NCBI RefSeq assembly: GCF_016717175.1
Contig: NZ_JADKFZ010000003.1
DNA from: Nannocystis sp.
Lineage (GTDB): Bacteria; Myxococcota_A; Polyangia; Nannocystales; Nannocystaceae
DNA: 64,000 nt
Reading direction: 5' to 3' (one strand)
The notes beneath the pieces were generated by a model. It saw only the letters and a list, made by a program, of their open reading frames with translations. It did not search any database and was not told where the DNA came from. Below are positions 8,272 through 17,230 of this stretch, one piece after another. The position numbers were made by a program, and so were the translations under genes. Position 1 is the stretch's first letter, and each line of letters opens with the position of its first letter.

Positions 8272-10612
8272 GTGGAAGCCTCGCGGTCGATCGCCCTGTG
8301 TCTCCTGCTCGCCGCGTGCAAGGGCGGCGACGGCAACGACGGCGGCAGCGAGACTGGGGGCACCGGCGGCGGCTCGGCCAGCAGCGGCGACGAGCCGACC
8401 ACCGGCGACCCCGTGTGCACCGACTGCACCCCCGTCGGCATGATGAGCTTTCGCCTGCCCTCGCCCGCGGGCGCGACCCTGTGGACCGCGACGACGATGG
8501 ACAAGGTCCTGCGCGAGGCGGCCCCGCCCGAGGCCACCGCCCCCGCGATCCAGATCCACGCCGCCCGCAACGAGTACGAGCCCTTCCAGCTGGTCGTGCG
8601 CAGCGACACCGACGCCATGGTCAGCGTCAGCGTCTCCGATTTCAGCGGACCCGGCCCGCTCCCCGCGGTGACGCTGCACCGCGTCGACTACGTGAACATC
8701 GCCGCCCCCTCCGACCCGGGCGCGATCCTCAGCGGCCAGATCCCCGACCCGTTGGTCCCGATCGCCTTCGGCACCCCCGTGGCTGTCAGCGCCGCGAGCA
8801 ACCAGCCGCTGTGGTTCACCGCGCAGGTCCCCGCCGACGCCCTCGCCGGCGACTACAACGCCACCATCACGGTGACCATCGCCGGCCTCGCCCACGAGGT
8901 CCCGGTCCAGCTCCACGTCTTCAACTTCGCCATCCCGGCCCAGCTCGGCTTCGACGGCAACTGGAACACCAGCTTCGAGGCCCTCGGCGGCGGCGCCAGC
9001 CTCGAGCGCGTCGAGCTGCTCAAGGACTTCTTCTTCGCCCACCGACTGGTCCCATCGTCGGTCGCCTGGCCGGCGGGCACCAACTACAACGGCGGCATCA
9101 TCTACGACTGCGCCGCCGGCGTGTTCAAGGAGGAGGTCAACGACTACGACATCTCGTCGCTCGGCCCGAAGTACATCGACGGCGTCGGCTGGAACGGCGT
9201 CGGCTTCCCGTCGTTCCAGGCCATGACCTTCGTCGACAACAGCACGCCGCGGCCGCAGCTCTTCTGCGACGTCGACCGCGGCCCCGACCACGTCGGCACC
9301 GCCGAGTACAACGCCGCCTGGTCGAAGATGCTGACCGCCCTCGACGCCTACCTGGTCGGCAAGGGCTGGGCCGGCAAGGCCTACTACTACACGCAGAACG
9401 AGCCCCAGGGCCCCGCCGACTACGACACCGCCGCCTACCTGGCGACCCTCACCCGCAGCGCCGCGCCCAACCTGCGCCTGGCGATCAGCGAGGAGCCCAA
9501 ACCCGAGATCGCCGAGCACCCGCAGATCGCCGGCAACCACTACGACCTGTGGTGGGCCAACCTCTCCGCCTTCGAGCCCGTCTACGCCGCCACGCGTCAG
9601 GCCTTAGGCGAGCAGGTGTGGTGGTACTTCCTCTACGGCGACCTCCCGCCGCACTTCAACCCGATCACCATCGATCACGCCGGCATCGAGACCCGCGTCG
9701 CCCACTGGGCCGCCTGGAAGTTCCGCATCCGCGGCTTCGCCTACTACTCCGTCACCGGCTGGGGCGCCGACCCGATCGTCGACCCACGCCCGCAGGGCAC
9801 CAATCAGAACGGCGACGGCTTCCTCCTCTATCCCCCCTCAGGGCGACGCGCTCGTCACCAGCATCCGCTGGGAGCTGCTGCGCGAGGGCATCGAGGACCA
9901 CGAGTACCTCCGCCTCGCCGCCGGCGGCAACTATCCCGCGACCCCGGCCGAGGTCGTCGGCTGCGACGTCTCGGTCGCCAGCGCCGTCTCCTCGACCACC
10001 GCCTACACCCGCGACGCCTCGGGCCTGCAGCACCTGCGCGACGAGCTCGGCTTCTACCTCGAGGGTGCGCGCAGCGGCTGTCCGCTGCTCATGACGAACG
10101 CCCCCGGCGTGCACAAGCGGGCCCCGTACTACCTGAACTTTCAGGACCCCGCCGGCGAGCCCGCCACGGACCCGCTGCAGGTCGACGGCCAGACCTGGCA
10201 GAAGGTCGGCTGGGTCCCCTACGCCGTCGAACAGGGCTTCGGCTGGTCGGGCCCCTACATCGGCGATCCCGCGATCATGAAGGCCCAGTACCTCGCTGAT
10301 GCCCCCGTCGATGAGCTGCAGCGCAGCATCCTCTACAACGACTACGGCCGCACCGACACCTTCAACTGGGACATCGAGCCCGGCCTCTACACCGTCACCG
10401 TCTCGGTCGGCTGGCACGGCAAGGACTACCCGAAGCACCGCGTCATCGTCGAGGGCACTCCGCTGTTCGACTCGGTCCCCACCACGATGGCCGAGCCCTA
10501 CCGCGTCGCCTCGATCGACGTGATGGTCAGCGATGGCAACCTCACCCTCGAGGCGGGCCAGATGGACGAGTACACGATGCTCAACTGGCTCAGCATCGTC
10601 CCGAAGGATTGA
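8272..10612 (+). pseudogene. Glycoside-hydrolase-like lipoprotein (DUF4091/GH123-like C-terminal region) interrupted by a +1 frameshift in a C6 run at 9832-9837
   Basis: Frame 1 (GTG 8272, lipobox LLLAAC|KG) reads to ...GDGFLLYPPS and then becomes Arg-rich nonsense. Frame 2 continues ...PPQGDALVTSIRWELLREGIEDHEY... to the stop at 10612 (ORF 10091..10612). Removing one C restores a single ~780-aa ORF. Confidence 0.6.
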
Positions 10613-10645
10613 CCGCCGCGCGCGAGATTGCGCTAAGCTGCCGCA

Positions 10646-12283
10646 GTGCGCCTCCTGACCCTGCTTTGCGGCTCGCTCCTCGCCACCCCGGCCCTCGCTG
10701 GCGAGACCAAGATTGTCCTCGATGGCGCCGTCCCGGACGGCGACCTCGACCACTTCTTCGTGCCCTTCGACGTCCCGCCCGGCACCGTCGAGATCGAGGT
10801 GCAGCACGATGACCTCTCCGACGCCAACATCCTCGACTGGGGCCTCAACGACCCCGCGGGCTTTCGCGGCTGGGGTGGCGGCAACAGCGAGCCCGCCGTC
10901 GTCGGCCTCGCCGCCGCCTCGCGCAGCTACGTCGCCGGCCCGATCGCCGCGGGCGAGTGGCGGGTCGTCGTCGGCAAGGCGAAGCTCGTCGAGACCCCCG
11001 CGAGCTACGCCCTCACGGTGATCCTGCGCGACGCGCCGAGCCTCGCGCCGCAGCCCGAACGCGCCGCCTACCAGCCCTTCGCGGGCCTCGGCGGCGGTCC
11101 GCGCTGGTACGCCGGCGACTTCCACGTCCACTCGCGCGAGAGCGGCGACGCCAAGCCCCCGCTCGCCGAGATCGCCGCCCTCGCGCGCAGCCGCGGCCTC
11201 GACTTCGTCGAGATCAGCGACCACAACACCCTCACCCAGCTCGAGTTCTTCGCCGCCGCCCAGGCCGAACAGTCGGAGCTTCTGTTCGTCCCGGGCAGCG
11301 AGTTCACCACCTACGCGGGCCACGCCAACGCGATCGGCGCGACCGCTTGGGTCGACCACAAGATCGGCCAGCCCGGCGTCACGATCGCCGCCGCAGCCGC
11401 GGCCTACGCCGCCCAGGGCGCGTTGTTCTCGATCAACCACCCGGCGCTCGACCTCGGCGACGTGTGCATCGGCTGCGCCTGGAAGCACGAGATCCCGGCC
11501 GAGCTCGCCGCCGTCGAGGTCGCAACGGGCGGGCTCGACAAGGCCGGTAAGTACCTCACCGACGATAGCATCGCCTTCTGGGACAAGCTGTGCGGCGAGG
11601 GCCGTCACCTCGCGGCGATCGGCGGCAGCGACGACCACCGCGCCGGGAAGGACCTCGGCGCCTTCGACAGCCCCGTCGGCGATCCCACCACGATGATCTA
11701 CGCCGACGAGCTCAGCACCCCCGCGCTGCTCGCGGGCATCGCCGCCGGTCGCACCGTGGTCAAGCTGCAGGGACCCGGCGATCCGATGCTCGAGCTCGCC
11801 GCCGATGTCTCCCCGATCGGCGACACCATCACCGCCGACGCCGTCACCCTGCAGGCCACGGTCACCGGCGCGCCCGGGGGCAGCAGCGTCCGCTTCCTCC
11901 GCAACGGCCAGGGGATGCCCCCGATTCCGATCGACGACGACCCCTTCGTCGCCAGCGTGCAGGCCACCGCGCCCGCCACCGGCGAGGACCGCTGGCGCGC
12001 CGAGGTGATCGTCGAGGGCGCGCCGCGCACGATCACCAGCCATCTGTGGCTGCGCGACGATCCCTCATCCGCCCCGACCACCGGCCCCGAGCCCACCACC
12101 GGCCTCGACGCGAGCAGCGGCAGCACCGCCGCGCCCACCGGCGGCGCTCCGGGCAGCAGCAGCAGCGGTTCCCCCGAGGAGACCCCAGGCGAAACTGGCG
12201 GCTGCGCGTGTGACCTGAAGAAAAGGCCGAGCGCCCCCATGTTGCTGGCGCTGCTCGTGCTCATCCGCCGACGCCGGGACTAG
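10646..12283 (+). CDS. PHP-domain (CehA/McbA-like) metallophosphoesterase with a Cys-motif/TM/Arg-rich C-terminal sorting tail (MYXO-CTERM-like)
   Basis: Signal peptide. WYAGDFHVHSRESGDA...FVEISDHNT PHP motifs. C-terminus GGCACDLKKRPSAPMLLALLVLIRRRRD matches the Cys-motif/TM/Arg-rich architecture of MYXO-CTERM. Confidence 0.75.
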   Translation: MRLLTLLCGSLLATPALAGETKIVLDGAVPDGDLDHFFVPFDVPPGTVEIEVQHDDLSDANILDWGLNDPAGFRGWGGGNSEPAVVGLAAASRSYVAGPIAAGEWRVVVGKAKLVETPASYALTVILRDAPSLAPQPERAAYQPFAGLGGGPRWYAGDFHVHSRESGDAKPPLAEIAALARSRGLDFVEISDHNTLTQLEFFAAAQAEQSELLFVPGSEFTTYAGHANAIGATAWVDHKIGQPGVTIAAAAAAYAAQGALFSINHPALDLGDVCIGCAWKHEIPAELAAVEVATGGLDKAGKYLTDDSIAFWDKLCGEGRHLAAIGGSDDHRAGKDLGAFDSPVGDPTTMIYADELSTPALLAGIAAGRTVVKLQGPGDPMLELAADVSPIGDTITADAVTLQATVTGAPGGSSVRFLRNGQGMPPIPIDDDPFVASVQATAPATGEDRWRAEVIVEGAPRTITSHLWLRDDPSSAPTTGPEPTTGLDASSGSTAAPTGGAPGSSSSGSPEETPGETGGCACDLKKRPSAPMLLALLVLIRRRRD

Positions 12284-12450
12284 CTGGCCCGAGAGACAGC
12301 CTCACACGAAGGGCGAGCGGTACGGCGGCCGGCGCCGGGTGTTCGTCCCGAGCTCGGCGTAGCTGGCCCGAGAGACAGCCTCACACGAAGGGCGAGCGGT
12401 ACGGCGGCCGGCGCGGGGTGTTCGTCCCGAGCTCGGCGTAGCTGGCCCGC
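12281..12450. repeat. 79-bp tandem direct duplication (2 copies plus a 12-bp partial third; one mismatch between copies) containing the stop codons of both convergent flanking genes
   Basis: Copies at 12281-12359 and 12360-12438, with partial 12439-12450. Unit begins with the PHP-gene TAG and contains the tsaB TGA plus the last 20 tsaB codons. The boundaries share gggccagcta microhomology. Confidence 0.85.
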
Positions 12451-13100
12451 AGGTACAGCGCGTCGACGTGATCGATCTCGGCGGGTTGATCGCGCCTGAA
12501 GGCCCGGGCGGCCGCCCGCCACAGCCCGCGCCCGTCGACGCCCGGCGTCGTCTGCAGCGCGAAGCCAGCCAGCGCCTCCGCGTAGGCCGCCGCGCCTGGT
12601 CCCACGACCTGGATGCCTGGCGCATCGACCATGTCCGTGAGGACCTGTCCGATCGGACAGCAGCGCGGCTCGCCCAGTGCCCGCGGTCCCTCCTCCGCGA
12701 GTACGAAGCGAGCCGCGTAGACCTCGCCGCGTCGCGCGTCGAGCAGCGCCAGCACCTCGCCGTCGCGCGTCGCCCCGCCGGCCAGGCTCGCCAGGGTGCT
12801 GAGCGCGAACAGCGGGCAGGGGAGGGCGAAGGCCAGCCCCTTCGCCGTCGCCAGCGCCACGCGGGTGCCGGTGAAGGTGCCCGGCCCCACGCCGCAGGCG
12901 ATCGCTCCGAGCTGGCGCGGTGTGATGCCCGCCTCCTCGAGCAGCGCGGAGATCCTCGGCGCGAGCAGACTTGAGGCCGGCGCCGCGCGATCGTCGTGGG
13001 TCGCCTGCGCGACCAGTCCGTCCGCGTCGCCGCCGACCCGCCCAAGGGCGAGCGCCGTGCACGGCGTCGAGGTGTCCAGCGCCAGCAGCCAGGTCGACAT
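12381..13100 (-). CDS. tsaB: tRNA threonylcarbamoyladenosine biosynthesis protein TsaB (YeaZ)
   Basis: Within ORF 12381..13559(-). MSTWLLALDTSTPCTALAL... and GVGPGTFTGTRVALATAKG are characteristic. The ATG at 13100-13098 overlaps the rseP TGA by 1 nt. The upstream ORF extension is antisense of rseP and rejected. Confidence 0.75.
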   Translation of the reverse strand: MSTWLLALDTSTPCTALALGRVGGDADGLVAQATHDDRAAPASSLLAPRISALLEEAGITPRQLGAIACGVGPGTFTGTRVALATAKGLAFALPCPLFALSTLASLAGGATRDGEVLALLDARRGEVYAARFVLAEEGPRALGEPRCCPIGQVLTDMVDAPGIQVVGPGAAAYAEALAGFALQTTPGVDGRGLWRAAARAFRRDQPAEIDHVDALYLRASYAELGTNTPRRPPYRSPFV

Positions 13101-14731
13101 CAGTCCATCCAGATGCGCATCACGTCGTTGCGCAGGGCGATGAGGAGGAGCAGCAGGATGATGACCAGACCGATCGCGCTGGCGATCTCCCGCGCCCGCT
13201 GGCTGAGCGGTCGGCGGCGCAGCGCCTCGATCGTGAAGAACATCAGGTGCCCACCGTCGAGGATCGGGATCGGTAGCAGGTTGACGAAGCCGAGGTTGAT
13301 GCTGAGCAGCGCCATCAGCCGCAGGAACTCGGCCCAGCCCTGGTTGGCGGCCGTGCCAGCGACGTCGAAGATGCCGACCACCGAGCTCAGCTCCTCCACG
13401 CCGCGCTCGCCGGTCACCATCTGCCGCAGGGTCGTCCACATCATCATCAACATCGACCCGGTGGTCGTCAGCGCCGAGCGCATCGCGTACGTGAAGCGCC
13501 CGCGGATCGGCTCGGGCGGCGGCGTCATGCGGCTGTGGTAGGGCTCGGCCCCGAACCACAGGTAGCTGCGCGCGTCCTTGTAGAGCCCGCGGTAGCTGCG
13601 GATCTCCTGCGTGACCTGCACTTCGCGCGGCGCCTGGCCAGGCGACTGCACCGTCAACGCCAGTGGTTGCTCGCCCTGACGATCGAGCAGCACCGCGACC
13701 GTCTCCCAGCGCGTCACCGGTCGATCAGCCACCGCGAGCACCCGGTCGCCCGGAGCGATGCCCGCCTTCGCGGCCGGCGAGTCCGGCTCGACCGTGCGGA
13801 CGAAGGTGTTGGCCGGCAACAGCCCGGTGCTCTGCCCGCGCTCGTGCCGTGGCAGCAGGCGCGCGTGGTACGAGTCGAACCACAGGTAGCGACCGAGCTC
13901 GCCGCGCACGGCCTGGGGCCGCAGGTAGGTGAGGCGCAGCGCGCCGTCGCGGCTGCGCTCGAGCTCTCGCTCGAGACCCTCGATCGTCTCGACCGGCTCG
14001 CCGTTGACCGAGGTGATGATGTCACCGGTCTGCAGGCCCTCGGCGTGGGCCGGGGAGTCGGTGTCGATGATCCCTATCTGCGGCGCGTAGACCCACTGGG
14101 TCACCCCGAGCAGGCCGCGCGCCTCGTGTTCGCCCACCATGTTCTTCGCCACGCTCTTGCGCGGCGTGACGAAGCGGTCGAAGCGGACCCCGTCGCGCTC
14201 GATCTGCAGGCGAAGCTCGCGGCCCGGGGCGACACGTACGCGGTCCTGCATCTCCTGCCACGCGTGGATGTCATCGCCCTCGATCGCCACGATGCGATCG
14301 CCCGACTGTAGGTCCGAGGCCGCCGCCGCCGAGTCGTCGAGCACGGTGCCGATGATCGGCGGTGCCACCACGGTGTGCCCGAGGAAGAACGCGAAGTAGA
14401 TGAACAGCGGGAGCAGCAGGTTGAACGCCGGACCTGCCCCGAGGACCAGGTAGCGGGCCCACAGCGGTTTGTTGCGCAGCGCCCGGTCGGCGTCCTGCGG
14501 GCTCAGCTCCTCGTCCGGCGACGCGCCCAGCAGGGTCACATAGCCGCCGAGCGGGATCGGAGCGATGCGGTACTCCGTCTCCCCGATCTGCACCCGCGCC
14601 AGCGCCGGACCGAAGCCCAGCGAGAAGCGCACAGCCTTGACCCCGACGAGCTTCGCCGCCAGCAAGTGACCGAGCTCGTGGATGAAGATCAGCGGCCCGA
14701 TCAACAGGATGAACGCGAGAAAATACGTCAC
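13100..14731 (-). CDS. rseP: RIP zinc metalloprotease RseP (site-2 protease) with PDZ domains
   Basis: ORF 13100..14731(-). HELGH zinc motif in the first TM segment, PDZ repeats, LDGG motif. Confidence 0.9.
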   Translation of the reverse strand: MTYFLAFILLIGPLIFIHELGHLLAAKLVGVKAVRFSLGFGPALARVQIGETEYRIAPIPLGGYVTLLGASPDEELSPQDADRALRNKPLWARYLVLGAGPAFNLLLPLFIYFAFFLGHTVVAPPIIGTVLDDSAAAASDLQSGDRIVAIEGDDIHAWQEMQDRVRVAPGRELRLQIERDGVRFDRFVTPRKSVAKNMVGEHEARGLLGVTQWVYAPQIGIIDTDSPAHAEGLQTGDIITSVNGEPVETIEGLERELERSRDGALRLTYLRPQAVRGELGRYLWFDSYHARLLPRHERGQSTGLLPANTFVRTVEPDSPAAKAGIAPGDRVLAVADRPVTRWETVAVLLDRQGEQPLALTVQSPGQAPREVQVTQEIRSYRGLYKDARSYLWFGAEPYHSRMTPPPEPIRGRFTYAMRSALTTTGSMLMMMWTTLRQMVTGERGVEELSSVVGIFDVAGTAANQGWAEFLRLMALLSINLGFVNLLPIPILDGGHLMFFTIEALRRRPLSQRAREIASAIGLVIILLLLLIALRNDVMRIWMD

Positions 14732-15073
14732 CCTCGACCTCCTGCAGGCCGTTCGGCGCAGCGTGCGAACTCGCGCTGGCGCTGGTGTGGCGTCGTCATG
14801 CCAGAGCCCTGGATACTCGACTCACGCGCGCAGGTCCATCGCGGCACCCCTCCGAGCCGAGCATCGTGACAGCAATCACGGGCCAGGAAGCGACCGTGTG
14901 ACGCCAAAAAAGATGCTGGTCTCGCCTGGACCTCGCCGTACACTTGTCCGCCGCGCGGGCTCAGGTGGCGCGCTCGAGCGACTTGTCTCGACGTCCAACC
15001 TGCACCGCCTGAATCCCGTCCAAACCCGGGCGTCTACCGCCCCTGAATTTCCGACCTCCACGAGGACTTCCCG

Positions 15074-15904
15074 ATGATCCGCAATACTCTGATCCTGGTA
15101 GCGAGTTTTGGGCTGATGGCTGGTTGTGCCACCTCTTCCGCGACCTCCACCCCCCAGAACCCCGATGCTGGCAAGGTCAACTACGACGTCGGCAGCGCGC
15201 CGAATGGCGGCACCGGGTCTGGCTCTGGCGGCACCGAGCCGGCGACCGATGGCGGCGCTGCGCCCCACACCGCCAAGGGCCGCGACTCGACCAGCACCAA
15301 GTCTGTCGGGCTCAAGCCCAAGGTGGTGAAGAAGATCGCCGCCGCCAAGCCGCCCAAGCCGGAGGAGCCCGCGGCTGATCCCAAGGCCAAGCCGACCCGC
15401 AAGGGTCGCGTCGACGTGAATGGCCTGCTGGCCGAGGCGTTCGCCATCGAGGCGACCACGACGAAGCTCCCGGACCTCACCACGTTCGCCGGGCCGAGCA
15501 GCATCTTCATCGCCGCCACGGTCGACGCAACCGGCAGCACCCCGCTGGCGGGCATCCCGGCGACCGTAGCGACCCCGACCGCGCTGCGTTTCACCGGCAC
15601 GATCAACATCACCGCTGGCGACGAGTACAAGCTGTGCACCAAGAGCAGTGACGGCTCGCAGCTGCTGATCGAGGATACTCTGGTCGTCGATAATGACGGC
15701 GTTCACGCCGAGGCCGTCGAGGTGTGCGAGCTCGTCAACCTCGAGCCCGGCGAGTACAAGATCGAGATTCGCTCGTTCCACACCAAGTCGGTGCTGGTCC
15801 AGGCCAGCTGGGCCGTCGGCAAGGATGGCACCCCGGCCGCGATCCCGACCCGCTCGTTCTTCCGGCCGGCCGACGCCGACGCTCGTGTGAAGGCCAAGAA
15901 GTAG
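15074..15904 (+). CDS. Lipoprotein with PA14-like C-terminal domain
   Basis: ORF 15074..15904. Lipobox LMAG|C. Low-complexity linker. C-terminal LRFTGTINITAGDEYKLCTKSSDGSQLLIED...GEYKIEIRSFH resembles PA14/GLEYA. Confidence 0.6.
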   Translation: MIRNTLILVASFGLMAGCATSSATSTPQNPDAGKVNYDVGSAPNGGTGSGSGGTEPATDGGAAPHTAKGRDSTSTKSVGLKPKVVKKIAAAKPPKPEEPAADPKAKPTRKGRVDVNGLLAEAFAIEATTTKLPDLTTFAGPSSIFIAATVDATGSTPLAGIPATVATPTALRFTGTINITAGDEYKLCTKSSDGSQLLIEDTLVVDNDGVHAEAVEVCELVNLEPGEYKIEIRSFHTKSVLVQASWAVGKDGTPAAIPTRSFFRPADADARVKAKK

Positions 15905-15927
15905 CGCCACCCACCGATGGCAACCCA

Positions 15928-15968
15928 GGGGCGCGCCGCGGAACTCCGCGGTGCGCCCTTTGTCGTTG
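15928..15968 (+). terminator. Intrinsic-terminator-like hairpin (13-bp stem with one G-U pair, 4-nt loop) followed by a U-rich run, between convergent genes
   Basis: ggggcgcgccgcgg-aact-ccgcggtgcgccc then tttgtcgtt, read from the sequence 24 nt after the stop of 15074..15904. Confidence 0.5.
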
Positions 15969-15970
15969 GC

Positions 15971-17224
15971 TCACTCGTGGTCGCAGGCGGCCGCGACCCG
16001 GCGCGAGCCCCCATCGGCGCGCACGAGGAACTGGCCCCGGCCGGCGAGCGACACCTGGGCCCCGGGATCGAGGGTGAGCGCGCCGGTGCGATCGACATCG
16101 ACGCCCTTCTCGTCGATCGGCGCGATCGTCCACGCCTGGCCCTGGATCTGCCCCAGCGCCACGCGGCCGCCGATCTGCAGCAGGTGTGAGCTCAGCTCCT
16201 TGCGCGCCGTGGCCATGATCCGCGCCTGTCCGGTCGCGTCGTCGCGGCCGGCCCGGTACAGGAAGTCCTGCTCCGGCAAGGTCGCGTCGTCGGTGAGTGG
16301 CACCAGCCCGGCGAGCCAGTACAGCGCGTCGCGGTCGGTAGCGATGAACGCCGGCGACACCACGACCGGTCCGGTCGTGGTCCAGTACGGCAGGTCGCGG
16401 CGCAGCATCGTCGGCGGCTGATCGGGCCCGAGCGAGCGCAGCTCCACGTTCGCCACCAGCGTGGTGTACACGGCCGTCGTCGCCGGTGGGTCGGACATCT
16501 TCGAGGAGTACATCCCGATCAGCGCCGCCGCTCCGCCCACGCTGCCCCCCTCGGTGGTGCCGAGCAGCTCGAGCTCGATCGGGCCGCTCAGCAGTGGCGG
16601 CTGGCACGGGAGCATCTCATCGATCTGGCCTTCAGGACAGGCTTGCCACAACGGCAAGCCAAGCGCCGGCTCAGGCGCGAGCGTGTCATCGAGACGCGAG
16701 AGCATCACCTCGACCGTGCTGGCATCGCCGCTGTACGGCACCGCAAGGACGTGGGCGACTTGATCGAGGAACACGAGCCTGCGCGTCCAGTTACCGGCCG
16801 CCGGGAAGTCGACGAGGCGCGGGCCGGCGACGAGATCCCCGTCCTCGCTGTCGCTCACCCGCCACACCTGCGCCTCGTTGGGACGGTCGAGCAGCACCCA
16901 GGTCTCGCCCTCGATCGCACCCGGTACCAGCTGCAGCTCGGCGATCGTGCCGATCTCGGAGAAGTCGTGCGCAGCTCCGTCGGGCGATGCAACCAGTTGC
17001 AGTCGACCCTCGCCGTCGGTCGCCAGCGCCCACGCGCGCGCCCCCTCGCTGCGTTCGATCGCCAGCGCGTGCACCTGCCAGCCTGGCAGCAGCGCCGGGT
17101 CGCGCACCTCGAGGGCGATGCGGGCGCAGATGCGGCCGAGGTCGATCTCGAGGTCGGGATCCGGCCCGCTGACGCAGGACGCCGCGGCGACGACGGCGAG
17201 CAGGACTCGGCGCATGCCCGACAT
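15971..17224 (-). CDS. Hypothetical lipoprotein
   Basis: ORF 15971..17224(-). Signal peptide with lipobox (AAAS|C). Normal amino-acid composition. No recognisable catalytic motif. Confidence 0.55.
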   Translation of the reverse strand: MSGMRRVLLAVVAAASCVSGPDPDLEIDLGRICARIALEVRDPALLPGWQVHALAIERSEGARAWALATDGEGRLQLVASPDGAAHDFSEIGTIAELQLVPGAIEGETWVLLDRPNEAQVWRVSDSEDGDLVAGPRLVDFPAAGNWTRRLVFLDQVAHVLAVPYSGDASTVEVMLSRLDDTLAPEPALGLPLWQACPEGQIDEMLPCQPPLLSGPIELELLGTTEGGSVGGAAALIGMYSSKMSDPPATTAVYTTLVANVELRSLGPDQPPTMLRRDLPYWTTTGPVVVSPAFIATDRDALYWLAGLVPLTDDATLPEQDFLYRAGRDDATGQARIMATARKELSSHLLQIGGRVALGQIQGQAWTIAPIDEKGVDVDRTGALTLDPGAQVSLAGRGQFLVRADGGSRRVAAACDHE

Positions 17225-17230
17225 GATAGT

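Noticed and set aside
6892-10299. 1135-aa plus-strand ORF and the 8298..10094 ORF (598 aa)
   Set aside because: The first ~450 codons are an Arg-rich off-frame read through the vWA gene. Only the segment 8272-9840 is the real frame of the hydrolase-like gene. 8298..10094 is a different, Arg-rich frame of the same DNA.
12381-13559. N-terminal 153-codon extension of the tsaB ORF
   Set aside because: The extension is antisense of rseP (His/Asp/Arg-rich). The genuine TsaB N-terminus (MSTWLLALDTS) begins at the ATG overlapping the rseP stop.
14732-15073. 342-bp divergent intergenic region and ORF 14728..14943(-)
   Set aside because: The 71-aa ORF is Arg-rich with no start context. No tRNA- or sRNA-like structure recognised. 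Left as promoter region without a call.
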